From positions 14,074,001 through 14,138,000 of the forward strand of contig NC_043023.1 in the NCBI RefSeq assembly GCF_006345805.1: a DNA stretch of 64,000 bases. The letters are read 5' to 3'. The translations under genes and the position numbers were made by a program. This document shows, in pieces, positions 51,071 through 62,754 of the stretch. This DNA is from Octopus sinensis (taxonomy: Eukaryota). The notes below the pieces were generated by a model that saw only the letters and a list, made by a program, of their open reading frames with translations, did no database searches and was not told the DNA's origin. Within the stretch, counting starts at the first letter, position 1. Every line of letters starts with the position of its first letter.

Positions 51071-51324
51071 TTTATCATTTTATAATTAATTAATAATGAC
51101 TGCTATTTTTAGCCCCCAATACAACCAGTCAAGTATGACTCAAAACCACATTTTCACTTTTACACAATGAAGTCAGGGGAACAAGGAAAAATTTTAAGAC
51201 CCTTTATAGTATCTCATTGGCGAATTTTACTGACCCAGGGCCAAAAAGTCTGCTCGTCTTATCCATGTGTACAATGACCATTTATAATGTTGCAGCAAAT
51301 TAAAAAAGGGACCAAAGTGAATGA

Positions 51325-51710
51325 AAGTGACTGTGTGGTAAGTGGTAAGTAGCTTGCTAACCAACCACATGGTTCCGGGTTCAGTCCCACTGCGTGGCAT
51401 CTTGGGCAAGTGTCTTCTGCTATAGCCCCAGGCCGACCAATGCCTTGTGAGTGGATTTGGTAGACGGAAACTGAAAGAAGCCTGTCGTATATATGTATAT
51501 ATATATGTTTGTGTGTCTGTGTTTGTCCCCGTAGCATTGAATTACAACCGATGCTGGTGTGTTTACGTCCCCGTCACTTAGCGGTTCGGCAAAAGAGACC
51601 GATAGAATAAGTACTGGGCTTACAAAGAATAAGTCCCGGGGTCGATTTGCTCGACTAAAGGCGGTGCTCCAGCATGGCCACAGTCAAATGACTGAAACAA
51701 GTAAAAGAGT
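51325..51710 (+). mobile_element. SINE family B (tRNA head, CORE-like ccttgggcaagtg)
   Basis: B box ggttcagtccc; tail aagtaaaagag. Confidence 0.9.
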
Positions 51711-51954
51711 ATATGGATATTACTGTTCACAATATCAGTGGCTAGCATGTGTAAAAACACTATGAAGGCAAAAATTATTAGCACTGAAGGGTGCTATTAG
51801 AAGCATGAGCATGCTAAAAATAGCAGTCTAAACTAAGAACTACAAATTTTTATTGCGCACATGGATGAGACGGGCAAACATTTTGACCCTGGGTCAGTAA
51901 GACTCACTGATGAGATAAGTTTTAACTCACAACATTCAAGATCACTGTGATATA

Positions 51955-52380
51955 CTCTTTACTCTCTTTTACTCTTTTACTTGTTTCAGTCATTTGACTG
52001 CGGCCATTCTGGAGCACTGCCTTTAATCTAGCAACTCGACCCCGGGATTTATTCTTTGTAAGCCCAGTACTTATTCTATCGGTCTCTTTGCCGAGCCGCT
52101 AAGTGACGGGGATGTAAACACACCAGCATCAGTTGTCAAGCAATGCTAGGGGGACAAACACAGACACACACACAAACACATACATGCATATATATATATA
52201 TATATATACATATATACGACAGGCTTCTTTCAGTTTCCGTCTACCAAATCCACTCACAAGGCATTGGTCGGCCCAGGGCTATAGCAGAAGACACTTGCCC
52301 AAGATGCCACGCAATGGGACTGAACCCGGAACCATGTGGCTGGTTAGCAAGCTACTTACCACACAGCCACTCCTGCGCCT
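51955..52380 (-). mobile_element. SINE family B, full length
   Basis: Reverse complement of family B; ends cacagccactcctgcgcc. Confidence 0.9.
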
Positions 52381-52716
52381 GGGTGTATCTGATTTTTCAT
52401 TTACAATTCCTTTTCGTCAATGGTACAGGGTCTTAAAATTCTTGCTCATACCACCAACTTCGTTGTGTAAAAGTGAAAATTCGTGGTTTTGAGTAATTCT
52501 TGACTGCTATTTTTAGCATGCTGGTGCTTCCAATAGTACCCTTCATTGTTAATTAATTTTTGCTTATATGGTGTTTTTTTTTTTTTTACACATGCTAGCC
52601 ACTGATACAGTGAATTATGAACAGTAATATCATATACATACATATATGTATATATATATATATATATACATATATATGCATGCATACATGCATATATATA
52701 CATGCATATATATACA

Positions 52717-52747
<31 letters not shown>

Positions 52748-52834
52748 CAATTAGAGACAAAACCACTATTTTGCAAATCAAACAAAGAAAGACTTAATCC
52801 AATACATAAAAAAATTTAATACAAATTAAATTCG

Positions 52835-52880
52835 CCACTACAATTGTTTCGTGTCTCTTCTAAGGACATTCATCAGGTGG
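52835..52880 (-). ncRNA. Minimal type I hammerhead ribozyme motif (Penelope-type)
   Basis: Minus strand CCAC CTGATGA ATGTC cttagaaga GACAC GAAAC AATT GTA GTGG: stem I CCAC/GTGG, intact core, palindromic loop III; A-C mismatch at the base of stem II. Confidence 0.7.
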
Positions 52881-52968
52881 ATTTTTATATATATATATAC
52901 ATATATATATATACATACACTAGCCACTGCACGTTCTTTATTTTCTCTCCTTGTTTCTTTCTGTGTTC

Positions 52969-53004
52969 CTTTCTGAAGAAGAGCGTAGGCTCGAAACGTT
53001 AAAG
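52969..53004 (+). ncRNA. Hammerhead-like motif in a short dispersed repeat (52925-53085; also 58880-59030 + and 60840-60990 -)
   Basis: CTTT CTGAAGA A GAGC GTAG GCTC GAAAC GTT AAAG; extra A after the core; palindromic AACGTT in place of stem III. Confidence 0.5.
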
Positions 53005-53610
53005 ACTTTTTCACTTCGTGAATGTTATACTAACACATCTGTTTGTTGTCTACACCACCTGTCTTCGTCTTTTGTTTCTTTTGTGATATATATGTAATAT
53101 ATATATGTATATACATAGACACACACTCATATATATATATATACATACATTGTATGTATGTATATATATGTATATAAAATGAACTCCCTAAAATATTGAA
53201 TGATGTATTTTGCTAAACCTGTCAAAAGAACAAGAGTATGTAATTAGTATTTTAAGCTTCATAGCATACATATGTTTCTGCAAGCCAATTGACACACATC
53301 CTCAGTATTATGACCAAAAAAAGCATGCTAAATTTTCTGTATTGTCTTAAACCTTACATGCTAGTCTGGTTTCACATTGCTTGGATTATTGGAGTGTGGA
53401 GTTGATTACCAAGCCTAAATTATCTGCTTATGTGTGTGCATGTAGATATATATATATATATATACATATATATTTCACACACACACACAACCTTTGACAT
53501 TATATCTTCTAACGTTTTTTTTTTTTTAAACTTAATAGCGTTCGGTTAATCACTATACATATCCATCATATTCTGTAAAATGTCTTATTGACAAGTTTTT
53601 ATTTCTTCAT

Positions 53611-53695
53611 TTCCCTGAAGAGAAGATTCCATTGTTTTACACCATTTTATTCCTTTAGAATAATACCAGTGATATCTTTGAAACATGTGTCAGAA
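53611..53695 (+). ncRNA. Decayed hammerhead motif with long loop II
   Basis: TTCC CTGAAGA GAAGAT...ATCTTT GAAAC ATGT GTC AGAA. Confidence 0.55.
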
Positions 53696-54246
53696 GTAAA
53701 AGAATTTGAATAACACCTACGTTTAACTCCATTTATTTTTATATATGTATGTATATATCTGTATAATTCAGGTGTATATGTGAATGTATGGTCTGTATAA
53801 ATACATGTGTCCATGGGTGTATATATGATTTTGAGTGTATAAATACAAATGTATATGGTGTGTGTGTGAATGTATGTATGAAATATTCAATTGTATATGG
53901 TATGTGTATATATATGATGCTGATGAGTATGGCTGTGTGTACATAAATGTGTATAAATATATTTTATATACCTACTAGCATTGTACATAAAACATTACTG
54001 TTAATAAACATTTGTTGACTCATCTCATGTTGACTCATCTCATTCTCTATTTTCTTTTGCTTCCATTGAATGCACAAGTTTTTCATGTTGACAAGGGGCC
54101 CCCGCCTCACCTGAATTCCATTTTCTAATCAAGTTCTTGCTAAGGGTTGGTGCTGAAGTCCATCATGAACCCTGGGACTTACAAGATCAGAGCTCCATCC
54201 ATTTTCTGTGATGTAAGTGAATGGGATTTCAACACTTCTTCACACA

Positions 54247-54480
54247 CCTATTTCTCTACTACCCACAAGGGGCTACACACAGAGGGGACAAGCAAGGACA
54301 GACAAACGAATTAAGTCGATTATATTGACCCCCAGTGCATAACTGGTACTTATTTAATCGAGCCCCGAAAGGATGAAAGGCAAAGTCGACCTTGACGGAA
54401 TTTGAACTCAGAACGTAATGGCAAACAAAACACTAAGTATTTTGCCCGACGTGCTAACAATTCTGCCAGCTTGCCGCCTT
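54247..54480 (-). mobile_element. SINE family A
   Basis: Reverse complement of family A ending ctgccagcttgccgcc. Confidence 0.9.
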
Positions 54481-55770
54481 CTTCACACACACCTGTCCTC
54501 GTCCATATGACCATACCAATACAGTTGTCTCTCTTGCACACCACATTCGATGCTTCTTCTGTACAAATTTTCTCTCGAGATGCTTACACTCTGTTATGTA
54601 CGCACACTGACATTACACGGCAGAAACGTTAGCATGCCAGGCGAAATGCGTAGCCGTATTTCATCTGCCGTTATGTTCTGGGTTCAAATTCCGCCGAGGT
54701 CGACTTTGCCTTTCATCCTTTCGGGGTCGATAAATTAAGTACCAGTTACGCACTGGGGGTCGATGTAATCGACTTAATCCCTTTGTCTGTCCTTGTTTGT
54801 CCCCTTGTGGGTAGTAAAGAAATATATTCTGTTGTTACGTTCTGAGTTCAAATTCCGCCAAGGTCGACTTTGCCTTTCATCCTTTCGGGGTCGATAAATT
54901 AAGTACCAGTTACGCACTGGGGGTCGATGTAATCGACTTAATCCCTTTGTCTGTCCTTGTTTGTCCCCTTGTGGGTAGTAAAGAAATATATTCTGTTGTT
55001 ACGTTCTGAGTTCAAATTCCGCCAAGGTCGACTTTGCCTTTCATCCTTTCGGGGTCGATAAATAAAGTACCAGTTTCGCACTGGGGTCGATTTAATCGAC
55101 TTAATCCCTTTATCTGTCCTTGTTTGTCCCCTTGTGGGTAGTAAAGAAATATATTCTGTTGTTACGTTCTGAGTTCAAATTCCGCCGAGGTCGACTTTGC
55201 CTTTCATCCTTTCGGGGTCGATAAATAAAGTACCAGTTTCGCACTGGGGTCGATTTAATTGACTTAATCCCTTTATCTGTCCTTGTTTGTCCCCTCTATG
55301 TTTAGCCTCTTGTGGGTAGTAAAGAAATATACACGTCCAGCGGAGCATATTAGCTTCATTTCTTTCAAGCTTATGCATGTCCTCAGCAGTCACAGCCCAT
55401 GTTTCCCTGTCGAGTAGCATGGCTGTTCACACACAGGCATCAAACAGTCTACCTTACCTTTCACTCTGTGCAAGAGGCCCTTTGTTACCAGCAAAGGTAG
55501 GAGCTCTCTGAACTTTGCCCAGGTTATTCTTATTGTAGCAGCTATGCTCTCAGAGCATCCACTCCAGCCACTGACTTGGTCACCTAAGTAACGGAAGCTA
55601 TCAAATACTTCTAGTTTTTTCACCCTTGTACATGAAGGAATCTGTTTTCTGTACATCTTTGGTGTTTATTGCCCCTGTGCATCTGCCACACAAAAACTAT
55701 CTTCCCAGTTAAACCTCCTTTGATATAGCTGCACCTCTTATGTGTCCATAGCTTACAACAGTTACCTCTT
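54481..55770 (-). mobile_element. RTE-clade LINE C-terminal remnant interrupted by a SINE array
   Basis: LEVFDSFRYLGDQVS...AKFRELLPLL; ETWAVTAEDMHKLERNEANMLRW; after the SINEs CGVQERQLYWYGH. Confidence 0.8.
54618..55330 (+). mobile_element. SINE family A followed by three head-truncated tandem copies (period 163-164 bp)
   Basis: Unit start tattctgttgttacg at 54825, 54989 and 55152. Confidence 0.92.
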
Positions 55771-56166
55771 ATACTCTTTACTCTTTTACTTGTTTCAGTC
55801 ATTTGACTGCGGCCATGCTGGAGCACTGCCTTTAGTCGAACAAATCGACCCCGGGACTTATTCTTTGTAAGCCCAGTACTTATTCTATCGGTCTCTTTTT
55901 GCCGAACCGCTAAGTGACGGGGACGTAAACACACCAGCATCGGTTGTCAAGCGATGGTGGGGGGACAAACACATACATACACACACACATATATATATAC
56001 ATATATACGACAGGCTTCTTTCAGTTTCTGTCAACCAAATCCACTCGCATTGGTCAGCCCGAGGCTATAGCAGAAGACACTTGCCCAAGGTGCCACGCAG
56101 TGGGACTGAACCCGGACCCATGTGGTTGGTAAGCAAGCTACTTACCACACAGCCACTCCTGCGCCT
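55770..56166 (-). mobile_element. SINE family B
   Basis: Full-length reverse-complement copy. Confidence 0.9.
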
Positions 56167-56426
56167 ATGTAGTTTCTACTTACGTCTTTTCTACAGATTG
56201 AGCAGGGCCATCTACCTGAAGGGATTTGTGATTTGTATACCTTCTTACTTACTAAGACTTTGGGTTTTGCTAGATTCACTCTAAGGCCCTTCGATTCTAG
56301 ACCTTGCTTCCACACCTGAAACTTCTTCTCTAGTTCTGGTGTGGCTCAGCTATTAGAGCAAAGTTATCAGCATACAATAACCGGTTCTTTTGGTCAAACT
56401 ATTGTATCTCCAGCTGCTTCAGATGC

Positions 56427-57126
56427 CATCATCATCATCATCATTTATCGCCCGCTTTCCATGCTAGCATGGGTTGGACGGTTCAACTGGGGTCTGGGAA
56501 GCCAGAGGGCTGCACCAGGCCCAGTCTGATCTGGCAATGTTTCTACGGCTGGATGCCCTTCCTAATGCCAACCACTCCATGAGTGTAGTGGGTGCTTTTT
56601 ATGTGCCACCGGCACAGGTGCAAGACGAGTCTGCAAACGGCCACGATTGGATGGTGCTTTTTATGTGCCACCGGCACGGGGGCCAGGCGAGGCTGGCAAT
56701 GGCCACGAACGAATGGTGCTTTTTATGTGCCACCGGCACGGGGGCCAGGCGAGTCTGGCAAACGGCTACGATCGGATGGTGCTTTTTATGTGCCACCGGC
56801 ACAGGTGCCAGACGAGTCTGGCAAACGGCCACAATCGGATGGTGCTTTTTATGTTCCACTGGCACGGGGGCGAGGCTGGCAACGGCCACGAATGGATGGT
56901 GCTTTTTAAGTGCCAGACGAGTCTGGCAAACGGCCACTATCGGATGGTGCTTTTTATGTGCCACCGGCACGGGGTCCAGGTGAGGCTGGCAAACGGCCAC
57001 GAATAGATGGTGCTTTTTATGTGCCACCGGCACGGGGGCCAGGCGAGGCTGGCAATGGCCACGAACAGATGGTGCTTTTTACGTACCACCGGCACTGGTA
57101 TCTCAGCTGCAATTTCCATTGATCGA
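56427..57126 (-). mobile_element. Retroposon family C ((GAT)n tail) with internal ~60-bp minisatellite
   Basis: Minus strand GGTTGGCATTAGGAAGGGCATCCAGCCGTAGAA...(GAT)n; about 8 repeats of gtgccaccggcac...ggatggtgctttttat. Confidence 0.8.
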
Positions 57127-57180
57127 TTTCGATTCTGATTCGATCAATGGAAATTGCAGCTGAGATACCAGTGCCGGTGG
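57086..57180. repeat. Perfect 41-bp inverted repeat with 13-nt loop
   Basis: 57086-57126 is the exact reverse complement of 57140-57180. Confidence 0.95.
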
Positions 57181-57479
57181 CACAATATCAAAAATTGTCA
57201 AAGTGTAGTACAACGGTTTTGCTATGGAATGGTGAAACCATTTTTTAATTTTCTGAAAAAGCAACATTTTGGACTTACAACACTTTTGCATAACAGCAAC
57301 GAACACATTTTTGCCAGCTGAGTGAATTGGAGAACTGTGAAATAATGTGTCTTGCTAAAGAACACAACCTGTCACCAAGAATCGAACTCAGGATCTTATG
57401 ACAATGAGCCAAGTATCCTAACCAAGAAGCCACAAACCTTGGAGTTAGAAGATGGCAACAAAATAGTTTACAGTAAAGA

Positions 57480-58808
57480 TTGTTTGCCAACATAACATGG
57501 CAGTCCTGGTTTAGGACTAATGTTGCTGTAATTTAGCCCCAGGAGACATCGTCTCCAGCTGGCTATATGACACGATCTGTGTCCTTATATTTTCGATCAA
57601 GGGAATCTAGCACCCCCACTCAGCTCAAAACAATATCTGTGTATCACAATTTCTGGGTTATTTCCCTTCATCGGCACAGAATAATTGTTTGGCCAGAAGT
57701 GGTGCTGCCAAATTCCCCTTTGAAATATATAGTTTTTAAAGTGACAATGATTTATAAATTAGAAAATTACAATTTTTAAATCTCACAAGGAGAGATATTC
57801 AGCAACAGTACTTTGTAGTAAATTGTTTGCCAACATAACATGGCAGTCCTGGTTTAGGACTAATGTTGCTGTAATTTAGCCCCTGCAGACATTGTCTCCA
57901 GCTGGCTCTATGACACAATCTGTGTCCTTATATTTTCGAACAAGGGAATCTAGCACCCCCACTCAGTTCAAAACAATATCTGTGTATCGCGATTTCTGGG
58001 TTATTTCTCTCCATCGGCACAGAATAATTGTTTGGCTAGAGGTTGTTGTTTGTTCCTTCTCAAGCCATGCCTGGCTCATAGGGCCGGCTTTCCCAGTTTC
58101 CTTGGTGTATAGGTTCCCCACCTGGATGGGACGCTGGTCCGTCGCAGGTGAGCTGCAAGATGCAGGTGGAAAGAGTGAGAGAAAGTTGTGGCAAAAGAGT
58201 CAGCACAAGTTTGCCATTATCTTCTGCCAGAGCTGCGTGGAGCTTAGGTGTTTCGCTCATAAACACACACATTGCCTGGTCTGAGATTGAGATTCGAACC
58301 TGCGATCCCTCGACCGGGAGTCATCTGCTCTAACCACTAGGCCATGTGCCTCCACACACACACACACACATATATTGTTTGCTCCTTCTCAAGCCATGCC
58401 TGGCTCATAAGGGCCGGTTTCCTTGGTGTATAGGTTCTCCGCCTGTACAGGATGCTGGTCCATCGCAGGTGAGCTGCAAGATGCAGGAGGAAAGAGTGAG
58501 AGAAAGTTGTAGCAAAAGAGTCAGCAGAAGTTCACCATTACCTTCTGCCAGAGCCGCGTGGAGCTTAGGTGTTTCACTCATAAACACACACATTGCCTGG
58601 TCTGAGATTCGAACCCATGATCCCTCAACCGCGAGTCCGCTGCTCTAACCACTAGGCCATGTGTCTCCACTTGGCTAGAGGTGGCGCTGCAAAATTCCCG
58701 TTTGAAATATATAGTTTTTAAAGGGACAACTAGCGACTGATTTATAAATTAGAAAATTACTATTTTTAAATCTCACAATGAGAGATATTCAGCAACAGTA
58801 CTTTGTAG
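57480..58808. repeat. ~340-bp tandem duplication; second copy split by SINEs
   Basis: 57480-57818 repeats at 57822-58043 plus 58671-58808. Confidence 0.85.
58044..58669 (-). mobile_element. Two tandem tRNA-derived SINEs (family D, V-domain-like) within one 12-bp TSD
   Basis: Minus heads TGGCCTAGTGGTTAGAGC...GGTTCGAATC; TSD ttggctagaggt at 58032-58043 and 58671-58682. Confidence 0.88.
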
Positions 58809-59062
58809 CCATGTGATGTTGGCATACAGTCTTTACTACAAAGTACTGTTATTCTCATATATATATATATATATATATAGTTTCTCTCCTTGTTTTTTCC
58901 ATGTCCCTTTCTATAGAAGAGCGTAGACTCGAAACGTAAAAAACTTTTTCTATTCCTGAGCATTATACTAATACATCTGTTTGTTTTGTACAACACCTGT
59001 CTTCGCCTTTTGTTTTTTTTCGTAAACTATCCCTATATATATATATATATATATATATGTAT

Positions 59063-59438
59063 TGTTTCAGTCATTTGACTGCGGCCATGCTGGAGCACTG
59101 CCTTTAGTAGAGCAAATCGACCCCAGGACTTATTCTTTATAAGCCCAGTACTTATTCTATCAGTCTCTTTTGCCGAACCGCTAAATTACAGGGATGTAAA
59201 CACACCAGCATCGGTTGTCAAGCAATGTTGGGGGGAAAAACACAGACACACACACACACATATACATACATATATATATACAATAGGCTTCTTTCAGTTT
59301 CCATCTACCAAATCCACTGACAAGGCTTTGGTCAGCCTGAGGCTATAGCAGAAGACACTTGCCCAAGGTGCCATTCAGTGGGACTAAACCCGGAACCATG
59401 TGGTTGTTAAGCAAGCTACTTACCACACAGCCACTCCT
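59063..59438 (-). mobile_element. SINE family B
   Basis: Reverse-complement copy. Confidence 0.9.
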
Positions 59439-59463
59439 ACACACACACACACACACACACATA

Positions 59464-60035
59464 TCATCATCATCATCATCATCACCATTTAACGTCCGCT
59501 TTCCATGCTAGCATGGGTTGAACGGTTCAACTGGGGTCTGGGGAGCCCGAAAGCTGCACCAGTCCAGTCAGATCTGGCAGTGTTTCTACAGCTGGATGCC
59601 CTTCCTAACGCCAACCACTCCGAGAGTGTAGTGGGTGATTTTATGTGCCACCGACACAAGTGCCAGACGAGGCTGGCAAACGGCCACGCTCGGATGGTGT
59701 TTTTTATGTGCCACCGACACAGGTGCCAGACGAGGCTGGCAGACGGCCACGCTCGGATGGTGTTTTTATGTGCCACCGACACAGGTGCCAGACGGGGCTG
59801 GCAGACGGCCACGCTCGGATGGTGTTTTTATGTGCCACCGACCAGGTGCCAGATGAGGCTGGCAAACGGCCACGACCGGATGGTGTTTGTTACGTGCCCA
59901 CAGCATGGAGGCCAGTCGATGTGGTACTGGCTACGGCCACGTTCGGATGGTTTTCTTGTGTGCCACGTGCCACCGGCACTGGTACCACAAAGATACAAAT
60001 TCCATTGATGTTCATCTATTTTGATTTGTTTTGAT
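59464..60035 (-). mobile_element. Retroposon family C with ~60-bp minisatellite
   Basis: Homologous to 56427-57126. Confidence 0.8.
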
Positions 60036-60055
60036 TTTCACTTATATATATACTA

Positions 60056-60210
60056 CGGGCTTCTTTCAGTTTCCATCTACCAAATCCACTGACGAAGCTT
60101 TGGTTGGCCCAAGGCAATAGCAGAAGACACTTGCCCAAGGTGCCACGCAGTGGGACTGAACCCAGAACCATGTGGTTGGTAAGCAAGCAACTTACCACAC
60201 AGCCACTCCT
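60056..60210 (-). mobile_element. SINE family B 5' half (another at 60561-60714)
   Basis: ggcttctttcagttt...cacagccactcct. Confidence 0.85.
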
Positions 60211-60723
60211 ATCTCACACTGTGAGATTTAAAAATAGTAATTTTCCAAAATACTTTACCTTCTGACAATAATGGAAATGGAATTTTCCTTGTCTATTATT
60301 GTAATATCTGACTTGTGTTCTCTGTTCCGATCCACTGAAACTGGAAAATCCCGCAACATCTTGCGTGTTTCCACTGACGATGCACATTGAGCGGAGCTTC
60401 TAGCTTCATTTCTCTGAAGTCTTTGCATTTCCTGATGATTCATGAAAATTTAGACTGAAAGAGCTTAGCAGTGAACTGATGTCCCAACGAGGCAAAGTGT
60501 CCTAACAATATTGACGTTTGTTTTACAATAACAACATTGAGTTGACCCAACTGGTGACAGAGGCTTCTTTCAGTTTCCGTCTACCAAATCCACTCACAAG
60601 GCATTGGTCAGCCCGGGGCTATAGCAGAAGACACTTGCCCAAGTTGCCAAGCAGTGGGACTGAACCCGGAACCATGTGGTTGGTTAGCAAGCTACTTACC
60701 ACACAGCCACTCCTGTATGTATG

Positions 60724-60758
<35 letters not shown>

Positions 60759-60779
60759 GTATATATATATATGTGTATG

Positions 60780-60825
<46 letters not shown>

Positions 60826-61019
60826 AGTTAGAATTTACAAACAAAACAAAAGATGAAGACGGGTGTGTAAACAACAAACAGATGTATTAGTTTAATGATC
60901 GGGAAGTGAGAAAGTCATTTATGTTTTGAGCCTGTGCTCTTCGACAGAAAGAAACACAGAAATAAACAGGGAGAGAAAATAAAAAAGGTTTTAGTGGCTA
61001 ATGATCTATTATATATAGT

Positions 61020-61368
61020 CACCATCCGATCGTGGCCGATCGCCAGCCTCATCTGGCTCCTGTGTCGGTGGCACATAAAAAGCACCATCCGAGCGTGGTC
61101 GTCTGCAAGCCTTGTCTGGCACCTGTGTCGGTGGCACATAAAAACACCATCCGAGCGTGGCCGTTTGCCAGCCTCGTCTGGCACCTGTGTCGGTGGCACA
61201 TAAAACCACCCACTACACTCTCGGAGTGGTTGGCATTAGGAAGGGCATCCAGCTGTAGAAACACTGCCAGATCTGACTGGCCTGGTGTAGCCTTCAGGCT
61301 TGCCAGACCCCAGTTGAACCGTCCAACCCATGCTAGCATGGAAAGCGGACGTTAAATGATGATGATGA
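61020..61368 (+). mobile_element. Retroposon family C, 5'-truncated, 3 minisatellite units
   Basis: ggttggcattaggaagggcatccagctg...gttaaatgatgatgatga. Confidence 0.8.
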
Positions 61369-61728
61369 CATATATGTGTGTGGTGACTCCAGCACTTGCA
61401 CTGGTTGGGCTTGACCTCAATGCAAATTTAGTAAAGTGAATGTGTAAATGCAAGTTTATTTGATTTCTGATAACACTGACCTCAAGTATGTAATTGCAGT
61501 CTATAACTTGGGCTCCTTTTATTGAGCCTGGCCACAGTTCATTTATTTCGTTCAGTATCTTAGAGGTGTCCTGTGTCAAAAATATCATTCATAGCAGACG
61601 TTCTCTCATAATCATTCACACACTCACCTGACTCGGACTTAGAAGTTACAGCTTGAGTTGTTATCTATAATTGTAAAAATTAAAAGTAATTCAAATTCAA
61701 TGTTTTCTTGAAACAATAAATTTCTATA

Positions 61729-62113
61729 GGCGCAGGAGTGGCTGTGTGGTAAGTAGCTTGTTGACCAACCGCATGGTTCCGGGTTCAGTCCCACTGCGTG
61801 GCACCTTGGGCAAGTGTCTTCTACTATAGCCTCGGGCCAACCAAAGCCTTGTGAGTGGATTTGGTAGATGGAAACTGAAAGAAACCCATCGTATATATGT
61901 ATATATAGATATGTGTGTGTCTGTGTTTGTCCCCCTAGCATTGCTTGACAACCGATGCTGGTGTGTTTATGTCCCCGTTACTTAGCGGTTCTTCAAAAGA
62001 GACCGATAGAATAAGTACTGGGCTTACAAAAAAATAAGTTCCGGGGTCGAGTTGCTCGATTAAAGGCGGTGCTCCAGCATGGCCGCAGTCAAATAACTGA
62101 AACAAGTAAAAGA
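61729..62113 (+). mobile_element. SINE family B, full length
   Basis: ggcgcaggagtggctgtgtggtaag...gaaacaagtaaaagag. Confidence 0.92.
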
Positions 62114-62239
62114 GAGATTAGAATTTAAATTCCAGTCCATGAAAAGCTTCCTTTCTACAATATTCTTAAAGGAATGAAAAATTATCCAGTAACTTGGGCT
62201 CATACGAATGAGCCTGGTTGGTGTAAAATAATAAATGCA

Positions 62240-62482
62240 CCCTTTTAAAGCCTAGTCAGACTCATGGGCCCTGTTTCCCGGTTTCTATGGCGAATGTGTT
62301 CCTCATCTGGACGGGACGCCAGTCCATCGCAGCGTTTCTCATTTTTGCCAGCTGAGTGGACTGGAGCAACGTGAAATGAAGTGTTTTGCTCAAGAACACA
62401 ACATGTTGCCCAGTCCAGGAATTGAAACCACAATCTTACGATCATGATACTGACACCCTAACCACTAAGCCACGCACCTCCA
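62240..62482 (-). mobile_element. tRNA-derived SINE related to family D
   Basis: Minus head GGAGGTGCGTGGCTTAGTGGTTAGGG...GTTTCAATTCC; GCGATGGACTGGCGTCCCGTCCAG. Confidence 0.8.
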
Positions 62483-62754
62483 CATTGGTGTAAAAGACTA
62501 ACAGATATCTCTTGTCAAGAGTACAGGTGACAGTCAGACCGCTGATGTTTGTTGTGCAATCCACTGTTGTTATTTGATTGCTGTTATTCTGTGCATCCGT
62601 GTGTAAAGACCACATGGTTCCGGGTTCAGTCCCACTGCATGGCATCTTGGGCAAGTGTCTTCTACTATAGCCCCAGGCTGACCAAATCCTTGTGAGTGGA
62701 TTTTGAAGGGTTGTTTTTATTTTTACCCTTAACTTAGAAATGGAGAAAGACATA

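Noticed and set aside
56474-57122. Repetitive Cys/Trp-rich ORFs (also 59489-60034 and 60915-61355)
   Set aside because: They arise from the ~60-bp minisatellite, are open in several frames on both strands, and show no coding signature.
58590-58669. tRNA genes at SINE heads
   Set aside because: A/B boxes are present, but they continue into SINE bodies with tails and TSDs.
60431-60450. CTGATGA...GAAA hammerhead-like core (also ctgatga at ~51907)
   Set aside because: No stem II or stem I pairing can be formed.
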